A stretch of DNA of 64,000 nt from Paraphysomonas bandaiensis (lineage: Eukaryota > Protista > Chrysophyceae). The stretch lies in contig CBFFRP010000079.1 of assembly GCA_965644295.1 (NCBI GenBank), forward strand, positions 62,001 through 126,000. Direction: 5' to 3'. The notes under the pieces were generated by a model that had not been told where the DNA came from, did not search any database, and saw only the letters and a program-made list of their open reading frames with translations. This document shows positions 14,241 through 26,158 of the stretch, piece after piece. The position numbers and the translations under genes were made by a program. Position 1 is the first letter of the stretch; each line of letters opens with the position of its first letter.

Positions 14241-14407
14241 TGAGATGTAATAACAATCCAGTTTTCTACTAAAAAACCGGGTTTTGTGATAGTAATTACA
14301 GCGGAACAATCCAGTGGAATTTTCTCGGAAATGGACATTTCTAAGTCCCAGCATAGATATAGAAATAAAATAATTATTATTACTTACATTAATTGAAGTT
14401 ATTAACC

Positions 14408-14962
14408 ATGGATGCATACTACCAAGAAAATGAAGAAGGTGATGGATATATGAGTGAAGAGGATACATACTATCAAAGAGTTGTGACAATCGATGCATCA
14501 AATGAGAGCGAACTGGAGAAGTACTTGAACTATGCTAAAATAAAGACTGCCTACCATAAGAAAGGTTCTTCTATTATTGAATTAGCACCGATTGATGGAT
14601 ATAGAAGTGTTAAAACGGTTGATGATCTTGAGCCAGCTTTGAAACTAGTGCACTGTGATAACATTAAGAATCTGTGTATATCGCATCACATATCGTACAG
14701 AGCTCACAATGGGACGACTAACACGGCCACTGATTTGAAAAGAATGATTGAAGTTGGCACACACTTACCAGTGTTTACTACAGTCGTCAACATACAGAGG
14801 AAGGGATATAAGCGACTTGAGCTATATCATGTCGATCCCGAATTCAGTATCGTGCTTCCATCTCTTAAACAAAAGGAGGGAAAAAGCTTTAAAAATATTT
14901 TTCGCGACAAAGTTGAATGGATCAAAGCTGGAGGACATGGTGGCGCTGACGATATACCTTAA
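14408..14962 (+). CDS. Hypothetical intronless protein (184 aa), no recognised domain
   Basis: Uninterrupted ORF with protein-like composition in otherwise AT-rich non-coding DNA. Confidence 0.5.
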   Translation: MDAYYQENEEGDGYMSEEDTYYQRVVTIDASNESELEKYLNYAKIKTAYHKKGSSIIELAPIDGYRSVKTVDDLEPALKLVHCDNIKNLCISHHISYRAHNGTTNTATDLKRMIEVGTHLPVFTTVVNIQRKGYKRLELYHVDPEFSIVLPSLKQKEGKSFKNIFRDKVEWIKAGGHGGADDIP

Positions 14963-15066
14963 TTTAACCTTATAGTATCATCAGCGTCATGATAAATTGG
15001 GCGATGTGCTATATATTGTGCTTAAGAGATTAGAAAATATAATTAATTTACAATTAGAAATAGAGG

Positions 15067-15417
15067 TGAAGCTGAACAGATGTTCACCCGATGTTGCACG
15101 AATATTTTCTGACGTGCTTGAGATATTTACACCATTTTCATGAAAGTTTCTTTCTCTAAATAAGCATTGTGTGTTGCAAACTGCATCTTTAACATTTGGA
15201 AAATCTTAATCAACCAGTCAAATTTGTAGACTGGAGAACATATCATAAACAAATGAAGCTGAAAAGATGTTCACCCGATGTTGCACAAATATTTTCTGAC
15301 GTGCTTCAGCTATTACATCGCTCATTTTTATGAAAGTTTTTTTCTCTAAAATAAGAATTGCGTGCAGAAACTATATCTTTAATATACCTAACCCTAATCT
15401 TAATCAACCAGTCAAAT
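15067..15417. repeat. Diverged tandem duplication (period about 187 bp)
   Basis: TGAAGCTGAA.AGATGTTCACCCGATGTTGCAC...AATCTTAATCAACCAGTCAAAT occurs at 15067-15223 and 15254-15417. Confidence 0.85.
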
Positions 15418-16603
15418 GTGTTGAAATGCCTAGGCTCACTAATTTTGGTGTGAAAAACTAGTCAGAGTAATAAATAATTCAATATCTGTTTTCATTAATT
15501 GATGGCTAAGTAAATACAAAATACAATTAGCACTTAGTAACACTTACTTCTATTCACACTTAGTATATACATTATATAAAAACACTTACATTCGACACTT
15601 AGTAACCTTACGACACTTAGTAACACTTATTTCTATTCACACTTAGTATATACATTATATAACCATCTTGAATAGCACCTAGTCGACCGAGTTAATGAAT
15701 TATGTAATGTCTTTATTTTAAATCACTGGAGTATTGACTAGGTTTAAACACTATTTTTCGTATCACTAGGATATTGAACCAAATCGACGAAGTCTAATAT
15801 TAGGTCCCTTAAGATTTTCATATGTTTGCGAATTGCATGATACACGTGTGACATCAGTGATATGTTTGTACCTGATAGTTTGAATTGTCAGATACCAACA
15901 TAATTTCTCTTCTGTTCCATAATACTTCTTAGTTTAACGTTTCACAAATTTGCATTCATATACCTTCGCGATATTTCTTGTGTATCTACAATAGTTTGTA
16001 ACTAATCTTCGCGTAAAGAATATTTTATGGTTAGCGATTTATAGTTGTTCCTTCAGCTCACATCTGTAAGAAAATAACTTCGAAATATTAGTGTAGAAAT
16101 AGAATGGAATTAAAGATACTACTTTCTTATTACTCTATAGTACTAGAAATACTTCGTATAGTGTAAAAGTATCTGAAAGACAATGCAGGGAACACATATA
16201 TGAATATATAGAAGTCTACCAGTACACCAGGTCTATTTAATAGATCTTATCAGACACATTTCACAAGAGACCCATATAAGAAATAGAACTGTGATAACTG
16301 TGGAAAAATATAAGTGATGAAACACATATAATTATACCGTAGATATACATATGATCTGTGTATCCATATATATATACATACTCATATATAACTCAACAAA
16401 GTCTAATAATATGGCAATAAACAGAGTCTAATTATGATATGATAGATTGGTGAATACCCCCTTTATCTGCTAGTCACGAGATAGGGTTAGTAGCTCCTAA
16501 CACAACTGATATTTATATAGAGCTATCGGCAGTATATAAACTTGCCCTATATATGCATATGCATCATCTGTAGCTACGATTCGAAGTTCACATGCTATCT
16601 ATA

Positions 16604-16733
16604 CTGGGGGTGGTTGTGTGTGCGCATATCGATTTTATTGACATTAAAAAGTCACTTTTTTTCACTTTTCACTGAAAAAACGATGACTTTTCAAAGAAAT
16701 AAATGATAAAATCGATATGCAAACCACCCCCAG
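16604..16733. mobile_element. MITE-like element (family B) with TIR CTGGGGGTGGTT..GCATATCGATTTTAT
   Basis: Both ends are inverted complements. A second diverged copy lies in opposite orientation at 20241-20388. Confidence 0.7.
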
Positions 16734-16852
16734 CTCCATCTCACATTAATGTTGGGTATTTAGACTAATTTAACATAAAAATTCCTGGTATTTTAGAGAA
16801 AGTCCACAAAAATTGATCAACAACAAATCAAAAATCTATATAAAAAGTTAAG

Positions 16853-16925
16853 CACCGAACGTGGGGCTCGAACCCACGACCACAGGATTAAGAGTCCTGC
16901 GCTCTACCGACTGAGCTAGCCCGGC
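16853..16925 (-). tRNA. tRNA-Lys(CTT)
   Basis: GCCGGGCTAGCTCAGTCGGTAGAGCGCAGGACTCTTAATCCTGTGGTCGTGGGTTCGAGCCCCACGTTCGGTG: cloverleaf, A and B boxes, downstream T5 terminator. Confidence 0.97.
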
Positions 16926-17005
16926 AAGACATGAATAATAATAATTTTAGTATATATATATGAATAAATAATCAAAAATTGTGTAGAATATGGTCAAAAA
17001 GTGTA

Positions 17006-17078
17006 CACCGAACGTGGGGCTCGAACCCACGACCACAGGATTAAGAGTCCTGCGCTCTACCGACTGAGCTAGCCCGGC
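17006..17078 (-). tRNA. tRNA-Lys(CTT), identical tandem copy
   Basis: Same 73-nt sequence as 16853-16925, followed by a T5 Pol III terminator. Confidence 0.97.
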
Positions 17079-17408
17079 TTAGATATTATTCTCGTCAAAG
17101 TATGGCATATTTATATTTTAAAATTAAAATTGTGGTCATAAAGTGTACGATTTTGAAGGATTTTAAAATTTAAAATATACAGAGATACTTAAAAATAGCA
17201 GGTTTCTTATATATATTAGAGTTTTGGGTTGATTTTATCTTATAAATTGATTTTATCTTGGGTGTGTAAATTACTGTATATATGTACTCTAGATTACAGC
17301 AGAAAGCAGTAGGTGATGTACACAGCTATAGTATAAGTGTATGTATGTCATATGAAGTAGATGTCAAGTAGATATATATATATATACATATACTCATAAC
17401 TATAGAAT

Positions 17409-19339
17409 ATGAGTACATTACTTAGTGGATTATGTATATGTGCTACTGGTGTATCTTCTAAAGAAGAAAGACTTATAAAAGACATCACAAGAGAGTTAGG
17501 TGGACGATATGCAAGTGATTATACAAAATCAGTGACTCATCTGATAGTGAAGAGAGTAGGATCAAAGAAACATCAGGTAGATGAGAGAGTACACTGTGTG
17601 TGTATGTGTATGGGTGTAGATGTGTATATATGTGTGTATGTATATACATGCACATGTTTACTTATGGCTGTATATGTATATGTATGTATAGGTGTGTTTA
17701 CTTACGACTAATGTTTAATATTGCATCGTTGTAATGTATTGGTTTATGCAGTTGGCTCTCATCCATAGAATATACACCTTAAAGATACAGTGGCTGTTAG
17801 ATTGCAAGTCAGTATAGAGGCTTATATTCGTTTTTGTGTAATACATATATAGAACTCAACAGAATCGCCTGAATGAAGATGACTATAGAGTACAGCCTTT
17901 CACTGGTCTAACTATATGTGTTACTCAACTGGATATTGGTTAGATACTTTTCCTTCAATGACCCCTTCTCACTTATGTATTCCTGTAGATGAACGACAGG
18001 ATATAATGCGGCTTGTGGAAAGCAACGGCGGCGTATTCAATAGTTTCATGGAAGAAGGTAGATCGACTCACCTGATTGCGTTGAGACCTGAAGGTGAAAA
18101 GTACGATGCCGCTAGAGTGTGGAAGGGTGTACGAATAATTACCCCACAGTGGGCACGGGACTGTGCCGACAGACAAGGTACGTTTATACTAGTATTGCAG
18201 ACCATCAAAACACTCTTCCGTTGTTGTTGGTATATTTTATCCCTATGCAATCATATTGAAGACTACTGCTAACGACAGATTGGTGTGCACAGTGTGGCTG
18301 AATGAAACAGATTATCCAGTGCTGGCAGATGTAGAAGTCGAGCAGAAAAGGCGATTAACTGCGAAGCGCCAATCACTTATTCGACGAACTTCGTCTGCGC
18401 CTACTGCACGCGCCACTGCTCCCCCAGTTGTTAACAAGTCAACCGAGGAATTGTCTTTGCTTCACTCAGCCTTATGCGTTGATGGAGGAGAGCCTCCAGC
18501 GAAAGGTTTCTTTGCACAGGACAGTACAGTGACGTACAATAGAGGTGTTCTGCAAGGAGAAGTGTTTTTCATTTCTGGATTTTCACCGCAGGTTTTAGTG
18601 TATATTGTTCTGAAAGATGTGTATGCTAAGGTGTGTATGTCAGGTTCAAGTGCTGATTGTGCAATTGATATGCATTGGTGGGGGGTTTCGTCACCACATG
18701 CTGACGGAGAGAGTCACCCGTGTCATCCTCGGCTCTCGAGCGAGTGATACGCTTAGGAACAATGTGCGCATGCATCCCCTGCATCCCAAACCCATGACTT
18801 TGCGGTGGCTTATCCGCACTGTCGTGAGAAACTGGAGTCCATCTTGTGAGAAGTCAGTCTCCGAGATGCAGCAGCAAGATAGTTCATTGCAGGAGACCCT
18901 GAAAGATGATATCGATCATGTAGATACGAATACGAATGATAACACATCAAGTGCAATCACACCAACTGAAGATACTACGATAAATACAAGTAGTCGGGAT
19001 CAGTCCAATTTGGGTGTTGACAGAGATGGCTGGAAACTTCCACTGCCTGTCACGCACCATAGACAGGACTCTGCGAGTAAGTTATCTCGTTGGAAAGGGG
19101 GGCGAGGTAGAGATAGGGGGCGTGGGCTCAAGGAAGGTATATCTAATGAACAACGCCTGGTAGATCAAGGCGTTAACACACGAAAGAGAAGTCGAGAACT
19201 CACACAACTTCCCGAATCTGAGGTGAGTATTTATGATTTTGCAATAGTAATGTCATAATATGTCACCACTGGGGGTGTTAATTTTCAGGTAGTTGTGTAT
19301 GATATAGAAACGCCGGATGAACGATATTTTGATTGGTAG
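17409..19339 (+). CDS. Multi-BRCT protein, TopBP1/Dpb11-like; multi-exon
   Basis: BRCT1 LSGLCICATG...LGG...VTHLIV...W, BRCT2 PFTGLTICVT...NGG...THLIA...KY..A..W...ITPQW, BRCT3 LQGEVFFISGF...GGG. Last exon ESE|VVVYD. Confidence 0.75.
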
Positions 19340-20240
19340 TTGATTAGGTGTGCTCATACGACGTTCATGCTCTCTCTTTAGATGTGTATCATGTCCGTGT
19401 AGCATGTGATGCGATTTTAAAAGACTGCTATATTTGTAGATAAGTATAAGTATATTATTCATACAACATAAGCTGTTAACAATTACTCTACTCTTCAATA
19501 AACTATCATAATTGCTTAGAACTACAACTTACTGCTGACAATCGTCAACTCAACATTCCTGTTAGGTTTAGGTCTGATAGGTAAAAGTGATGATGGTGAC
19601 AGGAGACAGAATTGTATAACTGTAGGGGAGGATAGAAGCAAACCCCATCTAATCTCATAGAATTTCACATTATTTATGATTACTATAACCTCGGCATCTA
19701 GCCAAGCAAAACCTTATTTACTATAAAGCAAAACCAACACATATGAGTTAATACAAGTACATTATCCACTGTACGAGAAGATGTACAGTACTGACGTGAA
19801 ATATTCTGTATCCTCAACATCACCAATTGTACTGCATGCATGTCCTCTAGTAATGCAATACAATTCCATTGTATGTGCTATAGTTGACCTCTGTGTACAT
19901 ATAGTTGTGCTGTATGTAGATAGACACACTCCCCTAGCCAAGATAAGAAAATGTGGGTAAGAATATGTCCCATATCCCTAAAATCATATATTTTTAGAAG
20001 ATCTTTATGTATTGAAAATCGAAAAAGCTTGTTTTCTACAATAGGTGTGGAAAAAAACATTCACTTTTGATTTATTACAGTCTAAAACCCCCATTTTTAT
20101 ACCCCTGTATATTGTACGTACATATGCAGTATACGGACTGCCATATATACTCGTACGTACAGCAGTACATACATACACATACGTAGTGTATATATTAGTA
20201 TATATACATCTCGTATACCATGGGAATCCTACGAGTACTG

Positions 20241-20388
20241 ATATCGATTTCATCTATTTGTTCATCTTTTATTCATTGAAAAATCATCGTTTTTTCAGTG
20301 AAAAGTGGAAAAAATGACTTTTTAATGAAAAACGATGACTTTTTAATGAAATAAATGATGAACAATCGATATGCACAACCATCCCCAG
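20241..20388. mobile_element. Second, inverted and partial copy of MITE family B
   Basis: CATCGTTTTTTCAGTGAAAAGTG is the reverse complement of the interior of 16604-16733. Ends in ATCGATATGCACAACCATCCCCAG. Confidence 0.65.
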
Positions 20389-20497
20389 TGTACAATACAT
20401 ATGTGTATGCACATACATATATGCACATCATTTCATTGCAGTGTAATAAGTAACTTAATCACTTCCACTCTACTAATCAATACTATAATCATACAGA

Positions 20498-21335
20498 ATG
20501 GACCCACCTTCGATCTCTAAACCCCGTGAGGAACCAGACAATAGCGGTAGGTGATTAATATACAGTATCCTCTCTCATATATACAGAACTGCCGTATACT
20601 TGTCTCGATATCACATATAGAGCGATGCGCTGAGGAAGACAAGGACGCCAGCTCATCATCTAGTTCAGAATCAGACTCTGGTTCACATAAACGAAAAAGT
20701 CATAAAGACAAAAAATCGAAAAAGGTAAATTTCAATACGTGTATTCATATACTTTAATTCATATGGAACTATACGTGTATTCATATACTTTAATTCATAT
20801 GGAACTATACGTGTATTCATATACTTTAATTCATATGGAACTATACGTGTATTCATATACTTTAATTCATATGGAACTATACGTGTATTCATATACTTTA
20901 ATTCATATGGAACTATACGTGTATTCATATACTTTAATTCATATGGAACTATACGTGTATTCATATACTTTAATTCATATGGAACTATACGTGTATTCAT
21001 ATACTTTAATTCATATGGAACTATACGTGTATTCATATACTTTAATTCATATGGAACTATACGTGTATTCATATACTTTAATTCATATGTGTGTATGTGT
21101 TCAGCATAAGAAAGACAAGAAAAAGAAAGACAAAAAGAAGAAAGATCATAAAAAGAAGTCAAAGAAGAGAAAGAAAGAGAACGAATCAAGTGACGAATCT
21201 TCAGATGACAGTGATACGATTCGTAGTTCAATCACTGGAAAAAAAATTAAACGGCATATAGAACAAAGTTATAAGGATCGTATGAGCGCTATTGAACGGG
21301 CTGCTAAACGGCAATTTATGAACTCACAGTATTAA
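20498..21335 (+). CDS. Small Lys/Ser-rich, probably nuclear protein; 3 exons
   Basis: Exons join via GT-AG introns into MDPPSISK...SSSSSSESDSG..KDKKSKK|HKKDKKKK...RSSITGKKIK...RQFMNSQY. Confidence 0.7.
20736..21088. repeat. Perfect 36-bp intronic minisatellite (ACGTGTATTCATATACTTTAATTCATATGGAACTAT), about 10 units
   Basis: Head-to-tail identical units inside the intron at 20725-21104. Confidence 0.97.
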
Positions 21336-21360
21336 CTTGCTTTTACTATGCATAAGCATG

Positions 21361-21603
21361 TAGTGAATGTCTTATTATTAGCAATAGAAGTGTAAGAGTC
21401 AGAACAAATTTAGCAAAACAAATTAACTAACTAGTGTGTGACTCTGATATCTGATATCCTTCATTTTAACGCCACGAAAGATGCTTGTGCGTCACGGCAA
21501 GCATCAACGTGCAACCACGCAACCACTTTCTATTCTCTATCACTCAAACCAAACGCAGTGAGCAAGCAGAATGGTGACATACCTGACATGTGCTGACTTC
21601 AGG
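21361..21603 (-). mobile_element. 5'-truncated copy of retroposon family A
   Basis: The reverse complement carries the shared core hairpin and the 3' end CTATTGCTAATAATAAGACATTCA. Possible 9-bp TSD CATAA(G/T)CAT. Confidence 0.7.
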
Positions 21604-22104
21604 TACATAATCATATGCGCTTAATAATGTCGTGTGATGAGATTGGCAACTTGCACCACAAGATACTAGATATCACTCTTACTCGTACACAGTACACAAG
21701 TACACATGTCAATAGAAATATAGTCATAACATTTATTGTAATAAACAGTTTTTAGCTAGTAAATACGCGTTTAGTGTACGTACGCTTACTACACTGTGAT
21801 TAGAGTGTAAGAGTAAACTGCTGCCCAATTTTAGTACTTTTTATTTGTTACAACTCTCCAACTCTCTAGCAGCTATAGCTATATAATAGCTATAGTAAAC
21901 ATAGTTTCTAAATAGAATAGCTGCTGTGCTACAGTACTTTACTTTATATTTATCTCTTTAATTATCTTGCTTATGAACGAGTAGTAAGGTATGAAAACGC
22001 TATATCTGGATATAAACTTCCCGTACTACTCCACTTGGAACCACCACAATTAATGTAGTCTGTTTCCTTACATTGCTAAGTATCCGTAGAAGTAGCACCT
22101 AATT

Positions 22105-22651
22105 AAGTAGAAGTAGACGAACCGAGACTGGAACACCGCCCACCGCACATATGAACCCTACCAACCATACGCAAAGGACCATAGCACCGGACCGTATGAA
22201 ACCAACAGGCCCTAGACAACGGCGACGACGTCTCCGGCAACTCCACCTATGCCCAACGCCCAGACGGTGCATGGCGACACCGCCACATTCCACCACACCA
22301 TCAACCTCTCAGTAAACACATCTAGTGCTCGGAACACTCAGGACCTTAATACAGAACCCTGTACCTCAGAGCCAGGCGGAACCTTATCCCCCGGACAACA
22401 CGCGCCAGTGAGTCCTCAGACACACGAGCAGGGCTTAACTCACAAACAACATTAAGAACGGAAGTGGTTGCGCCTTGGTGCTTGCGGCGACGCACAAGCA
22501 GCTTCTGTAGCGCTAAATAGTAGGATAATAGAATTTGTGCTGATTAGTTATAGGTAGAGGTCTAACTAGTAGATCTAGCATTCAACTAGCCACTATATCG
22601 GAACGAGTTTTTAACGCCTATTGCTAAATAAAAAGACCTTCAATATATATA
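22105..22651 (+). mobile_element. Non-LTR retroposon insertion (GC-rich 5' part plus family A 3' tail) flanked by 48-bp direct repeats
   Basis: Direct repeats at 22057-22104 and 22652-22699 (3 mismatches). The 3' ~190 bp matches 42420-42595 and ends in TTCAATATATAT. Confidence 0.75.
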
Positions 22652-23530
22652 AGTCTGTTTTCTTACATTGCTAGGTATCCGTAGAAGTAGCACATAATTT
22701 AGGCTTATATTGTAACAGTAAAATGCGATACACGCAGTGTTGAATAGCTCAGCTCTATAAAATAGCTATAGATGAAGGCCAAGCTGCTATAAGTTGATGT
22801 ACAATGTCCAACAAACCGCTTTGTCATTGCTATTATTTTAATCCTGAAAAAGAAACATAAAATGTATTGGCGATTTGTGACTTGTGACGCACACAATATT
22901 AGAAAGTGACATTTTTAGTAATAAGACCTTCGTTAACACTTATATAGAATATTATATAATTATAAGAGTTACCATACTTCATTCATTGACATTCACCAAC
23001 TCTTTTTATCTCTGCTACACCAACCATTTCTAGTACGATCTTACATCGTCACTATCTTGTACAGTCAGTATATTTCAGTTTCATCACTACAATGGCTATC
23101 ATATTATTGGTTCTCATACTACAGCTAGCTACTACTGTATTCTTTGAGTAACGGATATAATTCTAATATCTTGGAAACTACAGCTTTTAATTGCTCACAA
23201 ACAGCAAAACTCAACACAAAATAACGTGAAAAATAATGGTGAGCAGAGTTGTACGATATTGTCGGTTACATTTGAATGCTCTAGCTTACAATTACATCAA
23301 ATATTCTTACATTACTTATAGGGAAACACAAATATAATGTTTTAGCTAAACCATAGTCTAAAGGAGCAACACCAAGAATTATTCACTAAAATTACTATTG
23401 CACTACCAATAGATATAGCATGCATTGACAAATACGCACAGTCATATAAGTTATATGAACGAGTTGTACCAAACGTGACATTCACAATCAACATATAGGG
23501 CTACAGTATACTCAATTATACTTTGTTGTG

Positions 23531-26158
23531 TCATTCTGACTCAGTATCGTTAATAATACTGACAAATTGTTCCATCTGGAAGGGTTTCGGTAGCACGTGA
23601 TCCGCACCACTACTCAAAAAATAATGGACATCATCGACCATGACGTTGCCTGTGAGTCCTATGATTGGCAGAGTGTATCCAAGTTTTCTTAACTCTTTCG
23701 TAGCATCTGGACCATTCATTATCGGCATCTCAAAGTCCATTAAAATACAATCAAATAAAGTTTCACCACAAGTAACAATACTGATACACTCCTGTCCATC
23801 ATGCGCCTCAATGCATCTAGCCCCCCGATTGCGAAGGGTGCGACATACCATTTTACGATTCGAGTTAGTATCGTCGACTACAAGAATGGTTTTACGCACA
23901 AGCTCCGTTCTGTCGGAGCGAGGAAATATATTTTCAGCGCTAGGTGATACGATAGGGTCAATTCTTCCAGCACTGAGGGCTCGACGAGAATCTGTAGCGC
24001 TGCGCTTGGTCAAAAAGACAGGTAGCTCAACGTAAAACGTAGAACCCTTTGATTCTCCCTCTGACGTAGCCCACATTCGACTGTATAAAAAAATTGGTGA
24101 GTAATCATATAAATACTCAACTCAAAAAAAACAAGTTACTCCTCTAATAACAGAGCACAACTTATATATCTAGACGTACACTCACCCGCCATGCATTTGA
24201 ACGATTTGGAAGGAAAGAAAAAGTCCAAGTCCACTGCCTTGCCCAGCTTGTAACTCGTTGGGCTTAAACTGCATGCCATCCCGAAAAAGAAGACGAAGGT
24301 TCTCCTTCGATAACCCGTACCCTGTGTCCTGAACAGCAATTATAACGTTTCCGGCACGAATTTCATCTGCTTCTTGGGGGCTCATAGAGCTCTCGTGTAG
24401 TAGTTCCTTGCTCTCTTGTGGAAAGTCTCTCCAGGTCACAGTAACAGTAACCCAGCCACCACAGTCAGTAAACTTAAGAGCATTTGACACAAGGTTTCGC
24501 ACAACTTGAGATAGCTTCATATAATCACCCAGCACAACTATTTTGTTATGATTATAAGTATAGTTCGCCTCAATTACAAACAGACTAGACATGGTGATAT
24601 TCTTTCGCAGGGCAATGTTCCTGAAACTACGAGTAACATCTTCCACCAGGTTCCATATTCGGACGGGGGTAGTACTCATGTTGAACTCACCTGCTTCCAA
24701 CTTATCAAAGTTTAGAAGGTCATTCAGCACGCTGACTGCAATCTCTACACCAGAGTGCATATCTCGCCTGAGCTCCACAGCATCTATAGGCTCCACTTCA
24801 CGATTCTTCAGTATGTTGTCTTCCATTAAATGTAGGCCAACAGCAACAGTATTGAGTGGTGTACGGATCTCGTGGGAAATGAAACGCACGAAGTCACGTT
24901 TAATCTTCAGCAAATGAAGTTTGGCGCGCTCTTCTGCTTTCACTAGGCTGTCATACGTGAAGAATATTACAGATGTAAAAATAATGAGGCCAACTGAGCC
25001 TAAGGAGGTGTAGAGTGGCTTGTAGGACAAATACTCCGCTGCAAACTCTGCCGTTGGATAGGTCTCCATTATATATACCGCGGAATCTTTAGCAAATGTA
25101 TTAATCATAATGGTATGCCTTGATCGAAGGCGCGAAAATTTTTTGTCATGATAATCCCCAGCACCCATATACCTTGCATTATTCTTCTCAATCGCAAATG
25201 AATGTAATTTTCCATTGCTACATGATAAAACAACAACAAGGGAAGCTCCTGGAGATACTTTTTTCAACTCACTTGCCCAATTGAAAGATACAAACGAAAA
25301 TCCCAGTAAGTCCCTTTCGTTATTGAGCGACACTATGGGGCGATATAAAGATGTTTCAGGGTTGCCGGATACGTCAGAGGTGAAATATGTCATGCTTGCA
25401 CAGGAGGAGTGTCCTTCCTCATAGCAATCAATAGATGAGTCCATTGCCTCCGCTACAACTGAAACGGACCGAGTATCAAGTAGGAGAATACCTGCCTGAG
25501 TACTAGACGCACCGACATTAAGTAGAGGCGCAACAAACTGCCTGGAGCTAAACGGATTATCGCCAGTAGCATGTCTCAGCGATAGGTCATCTGTTACGTT
25601 AAACACACCAGATATGTTGTGGTACGAAAATGCCTGCGTATACGAAGAAAGGAAAGGGTCCTTGGCAATATAATCGACAGCATAGGATTCAAAAGCTGCT
25701 TGTTGGTCTGGATACACAATAGGTACAACAGATATTGCAGAGCCCCCAGTTACAGCCAAGATATCTTCGGATAACAGATGAAAGTTTGGAATGGCGCAAT
25801 TAGGCCATATATCAGGGTCTGAATAATATGTTATTGAAAAAATCGCGGCTTCATCGGCTGAATGTTTATATTTGTCCAGAATACCATCCACAGATCTCTC
25901 CAAAGTAGTTGATATGGACGTGTAGTGGCTTTTAAAATTTTTCTCTTCGACATACGTAAAAAGTATATAAGAAACAGCACCGCATATAACAGCTGTTATG
26001 AAGAGAGATACAAGTACGAGTATACGAAGCACAAGTAATTGAGTTTTAGTTCTTCGAGTAGCAAGTGAATCTTTACAGTTCACAGTTTTAGCAGTGGACT
26101 GACTAGCAGTTGAACTGATTTCACTCTCCACACATCGATATTGACGACTACAAATCAT
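23531..26158 (-). CDS. Second membrane hybrid histidine kinase (TM, sensor, TM, HisKA, HATPase_c, receiver); 1 intron (24081-24185)
   Basis: RFISHEIRTPLN, VVRNLVSNALKF, DTGYG, GSGLGL, and ILVVDD...MDFEMPIMNG...KP. Confidence 0.93.

Noticed and set aside
15387-15397. CCTAACCCTAA telomere-like word
   Set aside because: Fewer than two units; expected by chance.
20736-21088. 36-bp repeat array resembling CRISPR repeat length
   Set aside because: Units are contiguous with no spacers, lie in a spliceosomal intron, and there are no cas genes.
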